DNA of 64,000 bases from NCBI GenBank assembly GCA_035637115.1, contig DASPXV010000197.1:6799-70798 (forward strand), written 5' to 3'. The translations under genes and the position numbers were made by a program. This DNA is from Vicinamibacterales bacterium (GTDB lineage: Bacteria > Acidobacteriota > Vicinamibacteria > Vicinamibacterales > 2-12-FULL-66-21). Below the pieces are notes generated by a model that had not been told where the DNA came from, did not search any database, and saw only the letters and a list, made by a program, of their open reading frames with translations. Shown here one piece after another: positions 1 to 10,000 of this stretch; within the stretch, counting starts at the first letter, position 1, and each line of letters starts with the position of its first letter.

Positions 1-654
1 GACGACCCGTCGCCATTTCGAACAGCATCACGCCGAGCGAGAAGATGTCCGATCGTGCGTCGGTGGGGCGCCCTTCGGCCTGTTCGGGCGACATGTAAGC
101 GATCGTTCCGAGGATCCGCCCGTCACCGGTAATCGGCACGGTTCCGGTTGAGACCATGCCGTCGAGCGCGGGCACCTCGTGCAGCTTGGCGAGGCCGAAG
201 TCCAACACCTTGACGCGCGTGTTGGCGGTCACGATCACGTTGCCGGGCTTCAGATCGCGATGGATGATCCCGCGCTGGTGCGCCGCCGCCACGGCGTCCG
301 CGATCGGGATGGCGATCGGCAGAAGTCGTTCCAGCGGAAGGCCGCTCGCCGGAATCTGCGAGGCGAGCGATGGACCCTCGACGTACTCCATCGTGAGGAA
401 CGCGATGCCGTCGGCTTCCTCGAACGAGAACAGGGTCACGATGGCGGGATGGTTCAGGCGCGCGGCCGCCTGCGCTTCGCGTTCCAGACGCAAGCGCCGT
501 TCGGCGTTGGCCGCGAGATCGTCGGGCAGGATCTTGAGCGCGACCGGACGCCCGAGCCGCGTGTCATTCGCGAGATAGACCTCGCCCATGCCGCCGCGCC
601 GAGCGCGGACACGATCCGGTAGGCGCCGAGCCGACGTCCAGCCGCGAGCCTCAC
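1..654 (-). pseudogene. Hanks-type Ser/Thr protein kinase, N-terminal part (continues off window); 1-nt frameshift in the Gly-rich loop
   Basis: GTG at 654 gives MRLAAGRRLGAYRIVSALGA. A second frame continues GGMGEVYLA..VALKIL..HRDLKPGN..KVLDFGLAK..GTIAYMSPEQ. One G is missing near 594 (ggc gcg [g]gc ggc atg), which could be a sequencing error. Confidence 0.8.
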
Positions 655-778
655 GTGGCGAGTGATTATATGAGTGTCGTCATGAAAGTACGTAATTCCT
701 ACGCAGCAAAATCAAACGCGCTGCAGTGCGATTGCCTGCGTTCTGCAGCGGTCCCCGGGCGGGAGTCGCCGGAAGATC

Positions 779-794
779 GGGAACCGGTGTTGCA
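779..794 (+). promoter_or_regulatory. possible sigma54 (-24/-12) promoter
   Basis: gGGAACcggtgTTGCa: GG(780-781)-N10-GC(792-793), resembling TGGCAC-N5-TTGC, just upstream of the ATG at 815. Confidence 0.35.
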
Positions 795-814
795 TGGATC
801 ACGCCCGGATCCCC

Positions 815-1768
815 ATGCACAATACTTTCGGCGCGCGACTGCGCCAGCAGCGTGAGAAGCGAGAGATATCTCTCAAGACGGTTTCCGAACAGACGAAGAT
901 CAAGCTGTCGCTGCTCGAGGGGCTCGAGCGGGATGACATCTCGCATTGGCCCTCGGGTATCTTCCGGCGCGCATACCTGCGTACGTATGCGTCCGCGATC
1001 GGCCTGAACCCGGACGTGGTCGCCCGCGAGTTTTTCGAACTGCACCCGGAGCCGGTCGAGCCCGTCGAACCGCCCGCGCCGCCACAGCCGCGTCTCCGCA
1101 GCTTCGTGGGCTCGGCGCTGGGTTCCCTCTCGCTGCGCCGCAAGCCCGCGAGAAATGAACCGCAATGGAGACCGCAGGGATTCGCGGTCAACCTGCCACC
1201 CGAAGAGCCTCCCGAGCCGCTGTTCGACTCGGAACCAGCCGTCGAACCGCCGCCTGCCGGGCCTGGCACGGCGCCGGAACTCGACATCCTGGCGGCCGCG
1301 CAGTTGTGCACGGACCTCGGCCGTGTCGAGGACCCAAGCCAGGTCCAGCCGCTGCTCCGTGAAGCCGCCCGGATCCTGGATGCACGGGGTCTCGTGGTCT
1401 GGGTGTGGGACGCGATTGCCGCAGAGTTGCGGCCGGCGCTGGTTCACGGCTACTCGGAGTGCGTCCGTTCCAAGCTTCCCTGCGTGAAGGCCGACGCGAA
1501 CAACGTGACGGCTGCCGCGTTCCGATCCGAGCAGACCTGCGCGATCAACGGTGACGACCGCACCGGCGGCGCCCTCGTCGTGCCGCTGCTGACGCCCGCC
1601 GCGTGTGCCGGCGTGCTTGCGCTCGAGCTGCCCTACGGCAGCGCGCAGGCGACAACCGTTCGCGCGGTCGCGACATTCATTGCGGCGATGCTCGCGCAGC
1701 TAGTGGGTGTCGCCACCGACGACGAACCCCTCCCAGCCGCGCCGGTCGAAGCCGAACAGCACGCCTGA
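815..1768 (+). CDS. RodZ-like (HTH_25) helix-turn-helix protein with Pro-rich linker and C-terminal GAF-like domain
   Basis: FGARLRQQREKREISL..TKIKLSLLEGLERDD..FRRAYLRTYASAIGL is a RodZ-type HTH. C-terminal ALVVPLLTPAACAGVLALE is GAF-like. Alternative start at 794. Confidence 0.75.
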   Translation: MHNTFGARLRQQREKREISLKTVSEQTKIKLSLLEGLERDDISHWPSGIFRRAYLRTYASAIGLNPDVVAREFFELHPEPVEPVEPPAPPQPRLRSFVGSALGSLSLRRKPARNEPQWRPQGFAVNLPPEEPPEPLFDSEPAVEPPPAGPGTAPELDILAAAQLCTDLGRVEDPSQVQPLLREAARILDARGLVVWVWDAIAAELRPALVHGYSECVRSKLPCVKADANNVTAAAFRSEQTCAINGDDRTGGALVVPLLTPAACAGVLALELPYGSAQATTVRAVATFIAAMLAQLVGVATDDEPLPAAPVEAEQHA

Positions 1769-1769
1769 C

Positions 1770-2096
1770 CTACCGGGTCACCGATCCGCACGTCCTTCGA
1801 TTCGAGCGGCAGCGTATACATGCTGCCGTCCTCGGCGATCGCCCACTCTCCGTGCCGCACATCCTTGATGCCGTCGGCGAAAAGCCGCCGCGGCAGGAAC
1901 CCGTCCGGCGCCGGCAGCAGGTGGTAGAAGACCAGGAGCTTCACACCCGCGTCGTTCGCAATCCGCGACGCCTGTTCCGGAGTGATGTGATAGTCCTCGA
2001 TGTTATGCATGATCGCGGCCGTGCCTTCGCGCCCCGCCGATCGCGCCGCTTTGCCAAGCGCGCGCGTCATGTTCACCGCGATCGCTTCAGAGATCA
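1770..2096 (-). pseudogene. C-terminal fragment of an RNase Z-like MBL-fold hydrolase
   Basis: EA..YHITPEQASRIANDAGVKLLVFYHLLP..AEDG matches the RNase Z/AtsA C-terminus. The N-terminal HxHxDH region is absent and the fragment abuts a palindrome at 2097. Confidence 0.7.
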
Positions 2097-2151
2097 AAAC
2101 GGGGACAGTCCCCGTTTCCGAGGCTGGGGAAACGGGGACTGTCCCCGTTTT
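2097..2151. repeat. REP-like palindrome doublet (GGGGACAGTCCCC / GGGGACTGTCCCC)
   Basis: aaaacggggacagtccccgtttcc...ggaaacggggactgtccccgtttt: two inverted copies, each self-palindromic. Confidence 0.85.
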
Positions 2152-2172
2152 GTGTAGTCGCGCGCCGTGCTG

Positions 2173-2697
2173 TTACTGTTTCGGTCGCCGCGCTGCCGCC
2201 CGGCCCCTACGTTTGCCAGGTGACGGTGCTCGATCCCGCCGGCGCGCGCGCGGCTTTCTGGCGAGTGCCGATTGTGATTGTCCGCTGACGCCAGCAAACT
2301 CGTACGCTTCCTGCAGCCAGTCGGTGATCGGCGCCTCGACCTCGTCGCGATGCTTGATGGGAACGATGTGTACGAACTTGGATTTCGACGACGCCTCGAC
2401 GCGGCGGATGCGCGGATGCTTCAGCGCCCGACCAAGAAAGACGCAGACCTCGAGGTAGCTCTTTTTCGGCCGCACAAAGAAGTAGCAGGATTTCCGCGCG
2501 AACATGATGGACTTGTGCGACGCGTAGATCCGCTGTTCGCCGAAGTCAGCCGCGGTCTCCCGTAACCGTTGCCACGCCTCCTGGAGATCTTCTGACAGAT
2601 CGCTGGTCAGCGCGGTCTCGGTCGTCGTCCAGCAGTCGTGTTCCTCTGCCGCGGCGACCCACTGCTTGCAGTGATAGCACTCTCGACCGGCGGCCAT
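2173..2697 (-). CDS. DUF5655-like protein with N-terminal Cys/His motif
   Basis: CYHC..HDC N-terminus; IMFARKSCYFFVRPKKSYLEV..WLQEAY resembles DUF5655. Confidence 0.65.
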   Translation of the reverse strand: MAAGRECYHCKQWVAAAEEHDCWTTTETALTSDLSEDLQEAWQRLRETAADFGEQRIYASHKSIMFARKSCYFFVRPKKSYLEVCVFLGRALKHPRIRRVEASSKSKFVHIVPIKHRDEVEAPITDWLQEAYEFAGVSGQSQSALARKPRARRRDRAPSPGKRRGRAAARRPKQ

Positions 2698-2700
2698 GGG

Positions 2701-3009
2701 CTAAAGCGTCTTCTTCTTCTCTTTCGCGTTCTCTTTCGCGTTCTCTTTCTCGGCCTTGAGGACGGCCTTGCGTTTCCGGTCCATGTCCTGCCACAGCGTG
2801 GTGACGACGTCACCGCGGCGGCCGAGTGAATTTGCGAGCCGCGACAGATTCTTCAGATCCTCGCGCGTAAGGTCGGCGAACTTTGTTCCTGTGGGCAGAT
2901 CCGAGGCGAGCGGCGGCAGCGCAACGTCTGCGGCGCTCCCTGCCTGTCCCGCCCGGTCCAGGTCGTCGATGAAGCGGTCCCACATCGCCTGAGGAGTCAT
3001 ATCAGCCAT
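2701..3009 (-). CDS. hypothetical protein with charged tail (12-bp tandem repeat encoding KENA)
   Basis: Plausible ORF MADMTPQAMWDRF.. ending 3 nt upstream of the next same-strand gene. Confidence 0.6.
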   Translation of the reverse strand: MADMTPQAMWDRFIDDLDRAGQAGSAADVALPPLASDLPTGTKFADLTREDLKNLSRLANSLGRRGDVVTTLWQDMDRKRKAVLKAEKENAKENAKEKKKTL

Positions 3010-3093
3010 GGCAGCGGTGTGATAATCGCACACCTCGATCTAGAATCCCCAGTCCGCCGCGCATTGTGCCAACGGCCGGGCTGGAGGATTGCC

Positions 3094-4383
3094 ATGCCGA
3101 CCAGACGCGAGTTCGTCCAGGTGACCGCCGCCGCGACGGCCGCCACCGTCCTTCGCACCCGCGGAGTGCTCGGCGCCAACGATCGGATCAACATCGGCAT
3201 CATCGGATGCGGCGGCCGCGGGCAGCAGGACTGGCAGCGCTTCCTGAAGCAGCCGGACGTCAATCCTGTCGCCGCGTGCGACGTCTACGAGCCGTTCCTG
3301 AAAAAAGCCACGGAAGGGACGCGTGTTGTTCCCTACAAGGACTTCCGCCGGCTTCTCGAGCGCAAGGACGTCGACGCCGTAATCGTGGCGACGCCCGATC
3401 ACTGGCACGCGTTGATTACGACGCTCGCGTGCGAAGCCGGCAAGGACGTCTACTGCGAGAAGCCTTTGTCGCTCACGATTCATGAGGGACGCGTGATGGC
3501 GGATGCGGCGCGCAAGCACGGGCGAGTCGTGCAGACCGGGAGCCAGCAGCGATCGGGTGCGCATTATCAAAAGGCCGTGAAGCTCGTGCAGGACGGCGCC
3601 ATCGGGCCCGTCCACAAGATCTCGGCCGGGTTCACGCGCAATGTCATCCCCGGATTCGTTGCCCGTGAGTTGAAGAACGGGCTGACGCCGGAGCTCGATT
3701 GGGACATGTGGCTCGGACCCGCGCCGTTCGTCGCGTTCAACCCGTACCGCTGCATCTACCATTTCCGCTGGTTCTGGAACTATTCCGGCGGCCAGATGAC
3801 GAACTTCGGCGCGCACGATCTCGATATCGCGCGCTGGGCGCTGCAGGCCAGGGCCCCCGCCTCCGTTGCTGCGTTTGGCGGACGATATGAAATGAAGGAC
3901 GGCGGTGAGACGCCGGACGTGCAGGAAGTCATCTACGACTTTCCCGACGCCATGCTTGGCGGCGGCAAAGGCTGCATCGTCAGTTGGACGGGACGCGAGA
4001 TCGGCACGAGTCCTGGCGAGCCGCTGGTGTTCCACGGGACGAAGGGGACGCTTTCCTTGAGCCGGCGCGGATTCAAGGTCGCTCCGGAAACGTGGAAAGG
4101 GGATCCGCCGAGCGACAAGCCCGCAATGGAACCAATGCAGGAGCCCGGCTCCGATATGGATGCGACGCACGTTCGCAACTTCCTGGACTCTGTGAAGAGC
4201 CGCAAGACGCCGATCGCCGAGATCGAGGAAGGGCACCGGACCGCTACGATGTGCCACCTCGGAAACATCGCGACGCGCCTGGGGCGAAGTCTACGCTGGG
4301 ACGCGCAGAAGGAAGAGTTCGTGTCGGACCCCGACGCCAACCGGCGTCTTCACTACGACTATCGCAAGCCGTGGAAGCTGTAA
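3094..4383 (+). CDS. Gfo/Idh/MocA family oxidoreductase, Tat-exported
   Basis: TRREF Tat motif, [27 protein letters not shown] Shine-Dalgarno before the ATG at 3094. Confidence 0.92.
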   Translation: MPTRREFVQVTAAATAATVLRTRGVLGANDRINIGIIGCGGRGQQDWQRFLKQPDVNPVAACDVYEPFLKKATEGTRVVPYKDFRRLLERKDVDAVIVATPDHWHALITTLACEAGKDVYCEKPLSLTIHEGRVMADAARKHGRVVQTGSQQRSGAHYQKAVKLVQDGAIGPVHKISAGFTRNVIPGFVARELKNGLTPELDWDMWLGPAPFVAFNPYRCIYHFRWFWNYSGGQMTNFGAHDLDIARWALQARAPASVAAFGGRYEMKDGGETPDVQEVIYDFPDAMLGGGKGCIVSWTGREIGTSPGEPLVFHGTKGTLSLSRRGFKVAPETWKGDPPSDKPAMEPMQEPGSDMDATHVRNFLDSVKSRKTPIAEIEEGHRTATMCHLGNIATRLGRSLRWDAQKEEFVSDPDANRRLHYDYRKPWKL

Positions 4384-6719
4384 CCCGTCGCCGCTTTCTC
4401 GGAACGATCGGTGCGGCCGGGGCCGTCGCGGCGGTATCGCCGCACGCTTTTGTCAAAGCCGCGGAGCCAGGGTTCCGCGGAACCTTGTGCTTCTTCTCGA
4501 AGCACCTGCCGCGTCTCGACGGCCGCGGGCTTGGCCGCGCGCTCAAGCCGCTCGGATTCGCGGGAGTCGATCTGACCGTCCGGCCAGGCGGTCACATCGA
4601 TCCGAAACGCGTGGCGCAGGATCTGCCGCCGTACGTCGCGGACATCCGCCGCGAAGGGCTGTCGGTCCCGCTGATCACGACCGAACTCGTTTCCGATGCG
4701 GATCCTGCCGCACGTCCGACGCTCGAAACGGCGGCATCACTCGGGATTCCGTTCTTCAAACCCGGGTATTACAAGTACGCGTTTCTTGACGCGAGGAAGG
4801 AGGTCGAGGAAGCCACGCGGCAACTTCGCTCCCTCGCGGAACTCTCGGCGCATGCGGGCGTGCACCTCGGCTTCCACAATCATGCCGGTTACATCGGCGG
4901 CGGAATCTGGGACATCGCGCCCGCGATCGACACGCTCGATCCGAAGTGGACGGGTTACTACTTCGACGTGCGCCATGCGGTCGTCGAGGGAGGCGACGGC
5001 GGATGGCGCAGCGCGTTCAATGTGGTCGCGCCGCGGCTCTCAATGATCGCGCTGAAGGATTTCTTCTGGGAAAGAACCGCCACCGGCTGGCGCCAGAAGA
5101 ACTGCCCGATGGGCGAGGGCATGGTGCAGTGGAAGGCGTACTTCGCGCTCCTGGCCAGGGCGCAGTTCCACGGTCCGATTTCTCTTCACCTCGAGTACGA
5201 CATCCCGGGAGCGACGCCTGAAGAGCGCGAGGAGAAGACGCTCGCCGCAGCCGCTCGGGATCTCGCATTTGTGAAGGCGCGCATCGCGGAAGCGTACGGC
5301 GCCAGCGCCGCTCTCCCGGCTGCCCTGCCCGCCGCGATCATGGTGCCGCGAGCGACCGACATCCACATCGACGAAGTCCACCATGCCTACGAGGACTACG
5401 TGTATCGCGCGCCGTACAAGTTCGGCGGACGCGTTGTCGATCGCGTGACGCTCCTCAACGTCCGCTGCCGCGTCACGACCGGCGCCGGCAAGACCGCGTG
5501 GGGTTTCGGATCGATGACGATGGGGAACATGTGGGCGTTCCCGTCGAAGACGATGTCGTACGACACGACGCTGGATGCGATGAAGGGGCTCGCGGCGCGG
5601 ATCGAGCAGATCACAGCCGATTGCCGTGAGACCGGCCATCCGATCGATCTGAATCATGTTCTCGAGCCGGAGTATTTGAAAGCGGCACGCGACGTGTCGG
5701 CATCGCGCAAGCTCGACGAATCCATCCCCAAGTTGTGCACGCTCGTCGTGGCCAGCGCGTTCGATGCCGCAGTTCACGACGCGTTCGGGAAAGTGCACGG
5801 GCGAAACGTGTACGCGACCTACGGCGCCGATCTGCTGCCGCGGGATCTTTCCGCGTACCTCGGGAAGGAGTTCCGCGGCGAACGTCTCGACGCCGCGCTG
5901 CTCGCATCCGCTCAGCCGCGCATTCCGCTGTTCCACAGCGTCGGAGGTCTCGATCCGCTCGAGTCGAAGGACGTTCAAAAGCCGGTCGGCGACGGTCTGC
6001 CTGAAACGCTGCCCGAGTGGATTGCCTACAACGGTCTCGTCCGTATCAAGATCAAATTGAGCGGAGAGGACCTCGCATCGGACACGAACAGGATCCTCGC
6101 GATCGATCGCGTCACGACGGGCGTGCAGGCAGAGCGCGGCGTCAAGGACTGGTCGTACTGCCTCGACTTCAACGAGCGGTGCCCGAACGTGGACTACGTA
6201 CTGGAATGCCTCCGGCGCGTGCGCGCCGCATCACCCGCGGGGTTCGACCGCATTCTGTATGTGGAGCAGCCGACGGCGCGCGACCTGCGTGCCAATCGGC
6301 AGAATGTGATGCACGACGCGTCAAAGCTTCGCCCCGTCGTCATCGACGAATCGCTGACGGATCTCGAAAGCCTGCTGCTGGCGCGCGAGATGGGATATAC
6401 GGGCGTCGCGCTGAAGGCGTGCAAGGGGCAGAGCCAGGCGATGCTCATGGCCGCGGCGGCAAAAAAGTACCGCATGTTCACGTGCGTGCAGGACCTGACG
6501 TGTCCGGGCGCCTCGCTGATTCACTCCGTCGGCATCTCCGCCCATGTTCCTGGCGTGGCGGGCATCGAAGCCAACGCGCGGCAGTACGTGCCCGCCGCGA
6601 ACGAACCATGGGCGTCGCGGTTTCCCGGTATTTTTCAGGTGCGGGACGGCTACATGCGGACCGGCGAGATCAACGGGCCGGGTCTCGGAATTCCGGACTC
6701 CGTTCTGCGCTCCGCGTGA
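4371..6719 (+). CDS. fusion: Tat-signal sugar-phosphate isomerase/epimerase (xylose isomerase-like TIM barrel) plus mandelate racemase/enolase-superfamily domain
   Basis: GTG at 4371, TRRRFL; TIM motifs GFHNH, FDVRH, LHLEY; enolase-family motifs KIK, DFNE, EQP, DES, GPGLG. Confidence 0.8.
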   Translation: MEAVTRRRFLGTIGAAGAVAAVSPHAFVKAAEPGFRGTLCFFSKHLPRLDGRGLGRALKPLGFAGVDLTVRPGGHIDPKRVAQDLPPYVADIRREGLSVPLITTELVSDADPAARPTLETAASLGIPFFKPGYYKYAFLDARKEVEEATRQLRSLAELSAHAGVHLGFHNHAGYIGGGIWDIAPAIDTLDPKWTGYYFDVRHAVVEGGDGGWRSAFNVVAPRLSMIALKDFFWERTATGWRQKNCPMGEGMVQWKAYFALLARAQFHGPISLHLEYDIPGATPEEREEKTLAAAARDLAFVKARIAEAYGASAALPAALPAAIMVPRATDIHIDEVHHAYEDYVYRAPYKFGGRVVDRVTLLNVRCRVTTGAGKTAWGFGSMTMGNMWAFPSKTMSYDTTLDAMKGLAARIEQITADCRETGHPIDLNHVLEPEYLKAARDVSASRKLDESIPKLCTLVVASAFDAAVHDAFGKVHGRNVYATYGADLLPRDLSAYLGKEFRGERLDAALLASAQPRIPLFHSVGGLDPLESKDVQKPVGDGLPETLPEWIAYNGLVRIKIKLSGEDLASDTNRILAIDRVTTGVQAERGVKDWSYCLDFNERCPNVDYVLECLRRVRAASPAGFDRILYVEQPTARDLRANRQNVMHDASKLRPVVIDESLTDLESLLLAREMGYTGVALKACKGQSQAMLMAAAAKKYRMFTCVQDLTCPGASLIHSVGISAHVPGVAGIEANARQYVPAANEPWASRFPGIFQVRDGYMRTGEINGPGLGIPDSVLRSA

Positions 6720-6785
6720 TCCGCCCGTACAGTCGATCCGGTGCCGTCCAGCTGAGCACGCCGTGCACTGAACCGACGTTCTCCC

Positions 6786-8204
6786 TCAGGCCAGCGGCCC
6801 CCTGAGCGCCGCCTGCGCGGCGAAGTAGCCGCACATGCCGTGCACGCCGACGCCGGGCGGCGTCGCCGCCGAACACAAGTAAATGTCTGGCGCGGGCGTT
6901 CCATACAACCGCCATGACGGCCGCAGGAACAACTGCGGCCAATCCATCACGCCCATACCGATATCGCCACCCACCAGGTTCGGATTGCGCCACTCGAGAT
7001 CGGCCGGCGTGCTGATGTGCCTGGCGACGACGCGATCGCGAAAGCCCGGCGCGAATCGTTCGACTTGGGCTTCGATACGGGGCAGCATGTCCGCCGTGGA
7101 CCCGTGCGGCACGTGGCAATACGCCCACGCCGTGTGCTTGCCTGCGGGCGCCCGCGAGGGATCGAACAGGCTCGGCTGCGCGAGCAGGACGAACGGATGT
7201 TGGCTCACGCGGCCTTCCCACGCATCGCGTTCCGAGGCGCCGATCTCCGCAAGCGTTCCGCCGACGTGAACGGTGGCGGCTGACGCGACGCGGTTGTCCT
7301 TCCATGGAATCGGGCCGTCGAGCGCCCAGTCGACTTTGAAGACGCCCATCCCGTAGCGGTACCGCTCGAGCCGCGCGCGGAAGCGCGGCGGGAAACGATG
7401 TCCGGCTATGCGGAGGAGCGGCCGCGGCGAGAGATCGCACAACACCGCACGCGCCGGCGGCAGGTTGTCGACGTTTTCGATACGTCTGCCCGTGACGATC
7501 TCGCCGCCCAGCGATCGCAGCAACGCCGCGAGCGCGTCCGACAGGCGTTGTGCGCCGCCGCGCGGAAAAGGCCATCCGCCCATGTGCGCAAGAGCGAAGA
7601 AGATGAGCGCTATCGCGCCAGTGGGGAAGCGATCGAGCGGTGCCATCGCGTGCGCCGCCAGCCCGGCGAGCAACGCGCGCGCTGGCTCATCGCGAAACAT
7701 CCGTGTGGCGATCGCGGTCGCCGGCCGGATCGCGCGCAGACCGAATCGCGCAGCGGCCACGGGGTGCCGCGGCAACCGCGGCGGTCCGAGCACAATGCGC
7801 TCGAGACGAGGCCAGTTCCTGACAACGGGCCCGACCATGGCGCGATACGCTGTGCCATCGCGCCCGAGTTCCGCCACCGTCTGCTGGAGCGACCGCCATG
7901 CGATCGGCGCCGGTCCATCGTCCAGCGGATGCGCCACCTGCGCCGCCGGCGTCACCCACTCGAGTCCAAATTTGCCCAGGGGGAGCGTCCGCCAGAACGG
8001 GGAGCTCACCGCGAAAGGATGCACGGCCGAGCAGATGTCGTGAACGAATCCAGGCAGCGTCAGCTCGTCGGACGCGGAGCCCCCGCCGATCCGTCCCAGC
8101 GCTTCGAACACGACGACCGACCGTCCCGCTTGCGCCAGGGCGATTGCCGCGGACAGCCCGTTGGGGCCCGCGCCGACGACGATGGCATCAGGAGAAGCGG
8201 CCAT
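6786..8204 (-). CDS. phytoene dehydrogenase-family FAD-dependent oxidoreductase
   Basis: VVGAGPNGL, HDICSAVHP, TPPGVGVHGMCG. Confidence 0.9.
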   Translation of the reverse strand: MAASPDAIVVGAGPNGLSAAIALAQAGRSVVVFEALGRIGGGSASDELTLPGFVHDICSAVHPFAVSSPFWRTLPLGKFGLEWVTPAAQVAHPLDDGPAPIAWRSLQQTVAELGRDGTAYRAMVGPVVRNWPRLERIVLGPPRLPRHPVAAARFGLRAIRPATAIATRMFRDEPARALLAGLAAHAMAPLDRFPTGAIALIFFALAHMGGWPFPRGGAQRLSDALAALLRSLGGEIVTGRRIENVDNLPPARAVLCDLSPRPLLRIAGHRFPPRFRARLERYRYGMGVFKVDWALDGPIPWKDNRVASAATVHVGGTLAEIGASERDAWEGRVSQHPFVLLAQPSLFDPSRAPAGKHTAWAYCHVPHGSTADMLPRIEAQVERFAPGFRDRVVARHISTPADLEWRNPNLVGGDIGMGVMDWPQLFLRPSWRLYGTPAPDIYLCSAATPPGVGVHGMCGYFAAQAALRGPLA

Positions 8205-8227
8205 GCGATTGCTATTCCCTCGTTGCT

Positions 8228-9646
8228 ATGGTGCAGGAGCTGCCGGGCTACTGGTATTCCCGCTGGCTATTCGAGCGCGGGCTCGCCTTCATCTATCTGG
8301 TGGGTTTCCTCGTCGCCGTCCACCAGTTCCTTCCTCTCCTAGGCGAGCGCGGGCTCCTGCCCGCCGCCCGTTTTGTCCGCGAAGTGCCGTTCCGGGCGTC
8401 TCCCAGCATTTTCTATTGGTTCCCGACGGACCGCGCGTTCCAAATCGGCGCGTGGACAGGAGTCGCGCTGTCGCTCGTGGCGCTGTCGAGCGCCGCGCCG
8501 CGCGTCGGCGCGCTTGCGGCGGCGGCCGTCTGGGCCGCTCTTTACGTGCTCTACCTCTCGTTCATCAACGTCGGCCAGACCTTCTACGCCTTCGGCTGGG
8601 AGTCGCTCCTCGTCGAACTCGGGTTCTTCACGATTTTTGCCGGCGCGAGCACGAGCGCGCCGCACGCGTGGCTGAACTGGATCTACCGCTGGACGCTGTT
8701 CAGGCTGATGTTTGGCGCGGGTCTCATCAAGCTGCGCGGGGACGCCTGCTGGCGCAACCTCAGCTGCTTGGACGTGTTCTTCGAGACGCAGCCCATGCCA
8801 AACCCGGTGAGCTGGTACATTCACTACCTCCCGAAGCCGGTGCTGCACGGCGGCGTCGCCTTCAATCACTTCGTGGAGCTGGTCGTACCGTTCGGGTACT
8901 TTCTTCCGCAGCCATACGCAGGGATTGCGGGCATTTTCACGATCGTCTTCCAGGTGATTCTCATCATCGGCGGAAACCTGTCATGGCTGAACTGGCTGAC
9001 GCTCATCCTGGCATTCACGACGCTCGACGATCGGTTCCTGTCATGGCTGCCCGTCACGCCGCCGCCGCTGCAGCCAATCGCAGCGCCGCAGCGCGTTCTC
9101 ACGATGGGGCTGGCGGCGGTCGTCGCGCTGCTGAGCATTGCGCCAACCCTCAATATGCTCTCGCCCGGGCAGGTGATGAACACGTCCTTCAATCCGCTGC
9201 AGATCGTGAATACGTACGGCGCATTCGGCAGCGTCACGACGGAGCGCTACGAAATCATCGTCGAAGGCACCGACGCCGAGAACGTGACGGGCGGCACGCA
9301 ATGGCGGGAGTACGAGTTCAAGGCGAAGCCCGGAGATCCGGCGCGCCGCCCGCCGCAATACGCTCCCTACCACCTGCGCCTAGACTGGCTGATGTGGTTC
9401 GCTGCGATGTCCACGCCCGACGACTATCCATGGTTCCCGAAGCTGCTCGTGAAGTTTCTCGAAGGTGACCGGGGGGTCCTCAGCTTAATCCGATCGAATC
9501 CCTTCCCGGATCGCCCGCCCCGCTGGATCCGCGCGCAGCTCTACTTCTATCGATTTACTTCCGCCGAAGAGCGCCGGCGTACGGGCCGCTGGTGGAATCG
9601 GCGTCTCGTCGGTCCGTACTTTCCGGCGGTCCGCTTGAACCGCTGA
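8228..9646 (+). CDS. lipase maturation factor (LMF) family membrane protein
   Basis: FGWESLL.E, FRLMFGAGLIKLRGD, ETQPMPNP, PYHLRLDWLMWF. Confidence 0.9.
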   Translation: MVQELPGYWYSRWLFERGLAFIYLVGFLVAVHQFLPLLGERGLLPAARFVREVPFRASPSIFYWFPTDRAFQIGAWTGVALSLVALSSAAPRVGALAAAAVWAALYVLYLSFINVGQTFYAFGWESLLVELGFFTIFAGASTSAPHAWLNWIYRWTLFRLMFGAGLIKLRGDACWRNLSCLDVFFETQPMPNPVSWYIHYLPKPVLHGGVAFNHFVELVVPFGYFLPQPYAGIAGIFTIVFQVILIIGGNLSWLNWLTLILAFTTLDDRFLSWLPVTPPPLQPIAAPQRVLTMGLAAVVALLSIAPTLNMLSPGQVMNTSFNPLQIVNTYGAFGSVTTERYEIIVEGTDAENVTGGTQWREYEFKAKPGDPARRPPQYAPYHLRLDWLMWFAAMSTPDDYPWFPKLLVKFLEGDRGVLSLIRSNPFPDRPPRWIRAQLYFYRFTSAEERRRTGRWWNRRLVGPYFPAVRLNR

Positions 9647-9661
9647 ACCAGCAACCGGAGC

Positions 9662-10000
9662 TCAGGGCTCGGGTTGCAGTTGCCGTACGGGGCGCACCTC
9701 GACGCTGCCTTCACGCGCAGGCGGGATTTGCGATGCGATCTGTATCGCTTCGTTGAAATCTCTCGCATCGACCAGGTAGAAGCCTGCGAGCTGCTCCTTC
9801 GTTTCGGCAAAGGGTCCATCGGTGATCGTCGTTGCCCCGTTGCGAACGCGGATGGTGGCCGCGCCTGCGACAGGCTCGAGCGCTTCCGCGGCGAGCAGTC
9901 GGCCGCTCTTACGAAGCCTGTCCCCGCAGTCCGCGCACTCACGATCGGGCACGGCGTGCAGCTTCTCTCGCTCGAGATAAACGAGACACAAGTACTTCAT
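9662..10000 (-). CDS. YCII-related protein
   Basis: DGPFAETKEQLAGFY..VEVRP. Confidence 0.9.
   Translation of the reverse strand: MKYLCLVYLEREKLHAVPDRECADCGDRLRKSGRLLAAEALEPVAGAATIRVRNGATTITDGPFAETKEQLAGFYLVDARDFNEAIQIASQIPPAREGSVEVRPVRQLQPEP

Noticed and set aside
585..600. Programmed frameshift or phase variation in the kinase
   Set aside because: No slippery site or long homopolymer; a simple 1-nt loss or sequencing error is more likely
718..750. Hairpin cgctgcag..ctgcagcg as a riboswitch or ncRNA
   Set aside because: A single short GC-rich stem with no recognisable aptamer motif
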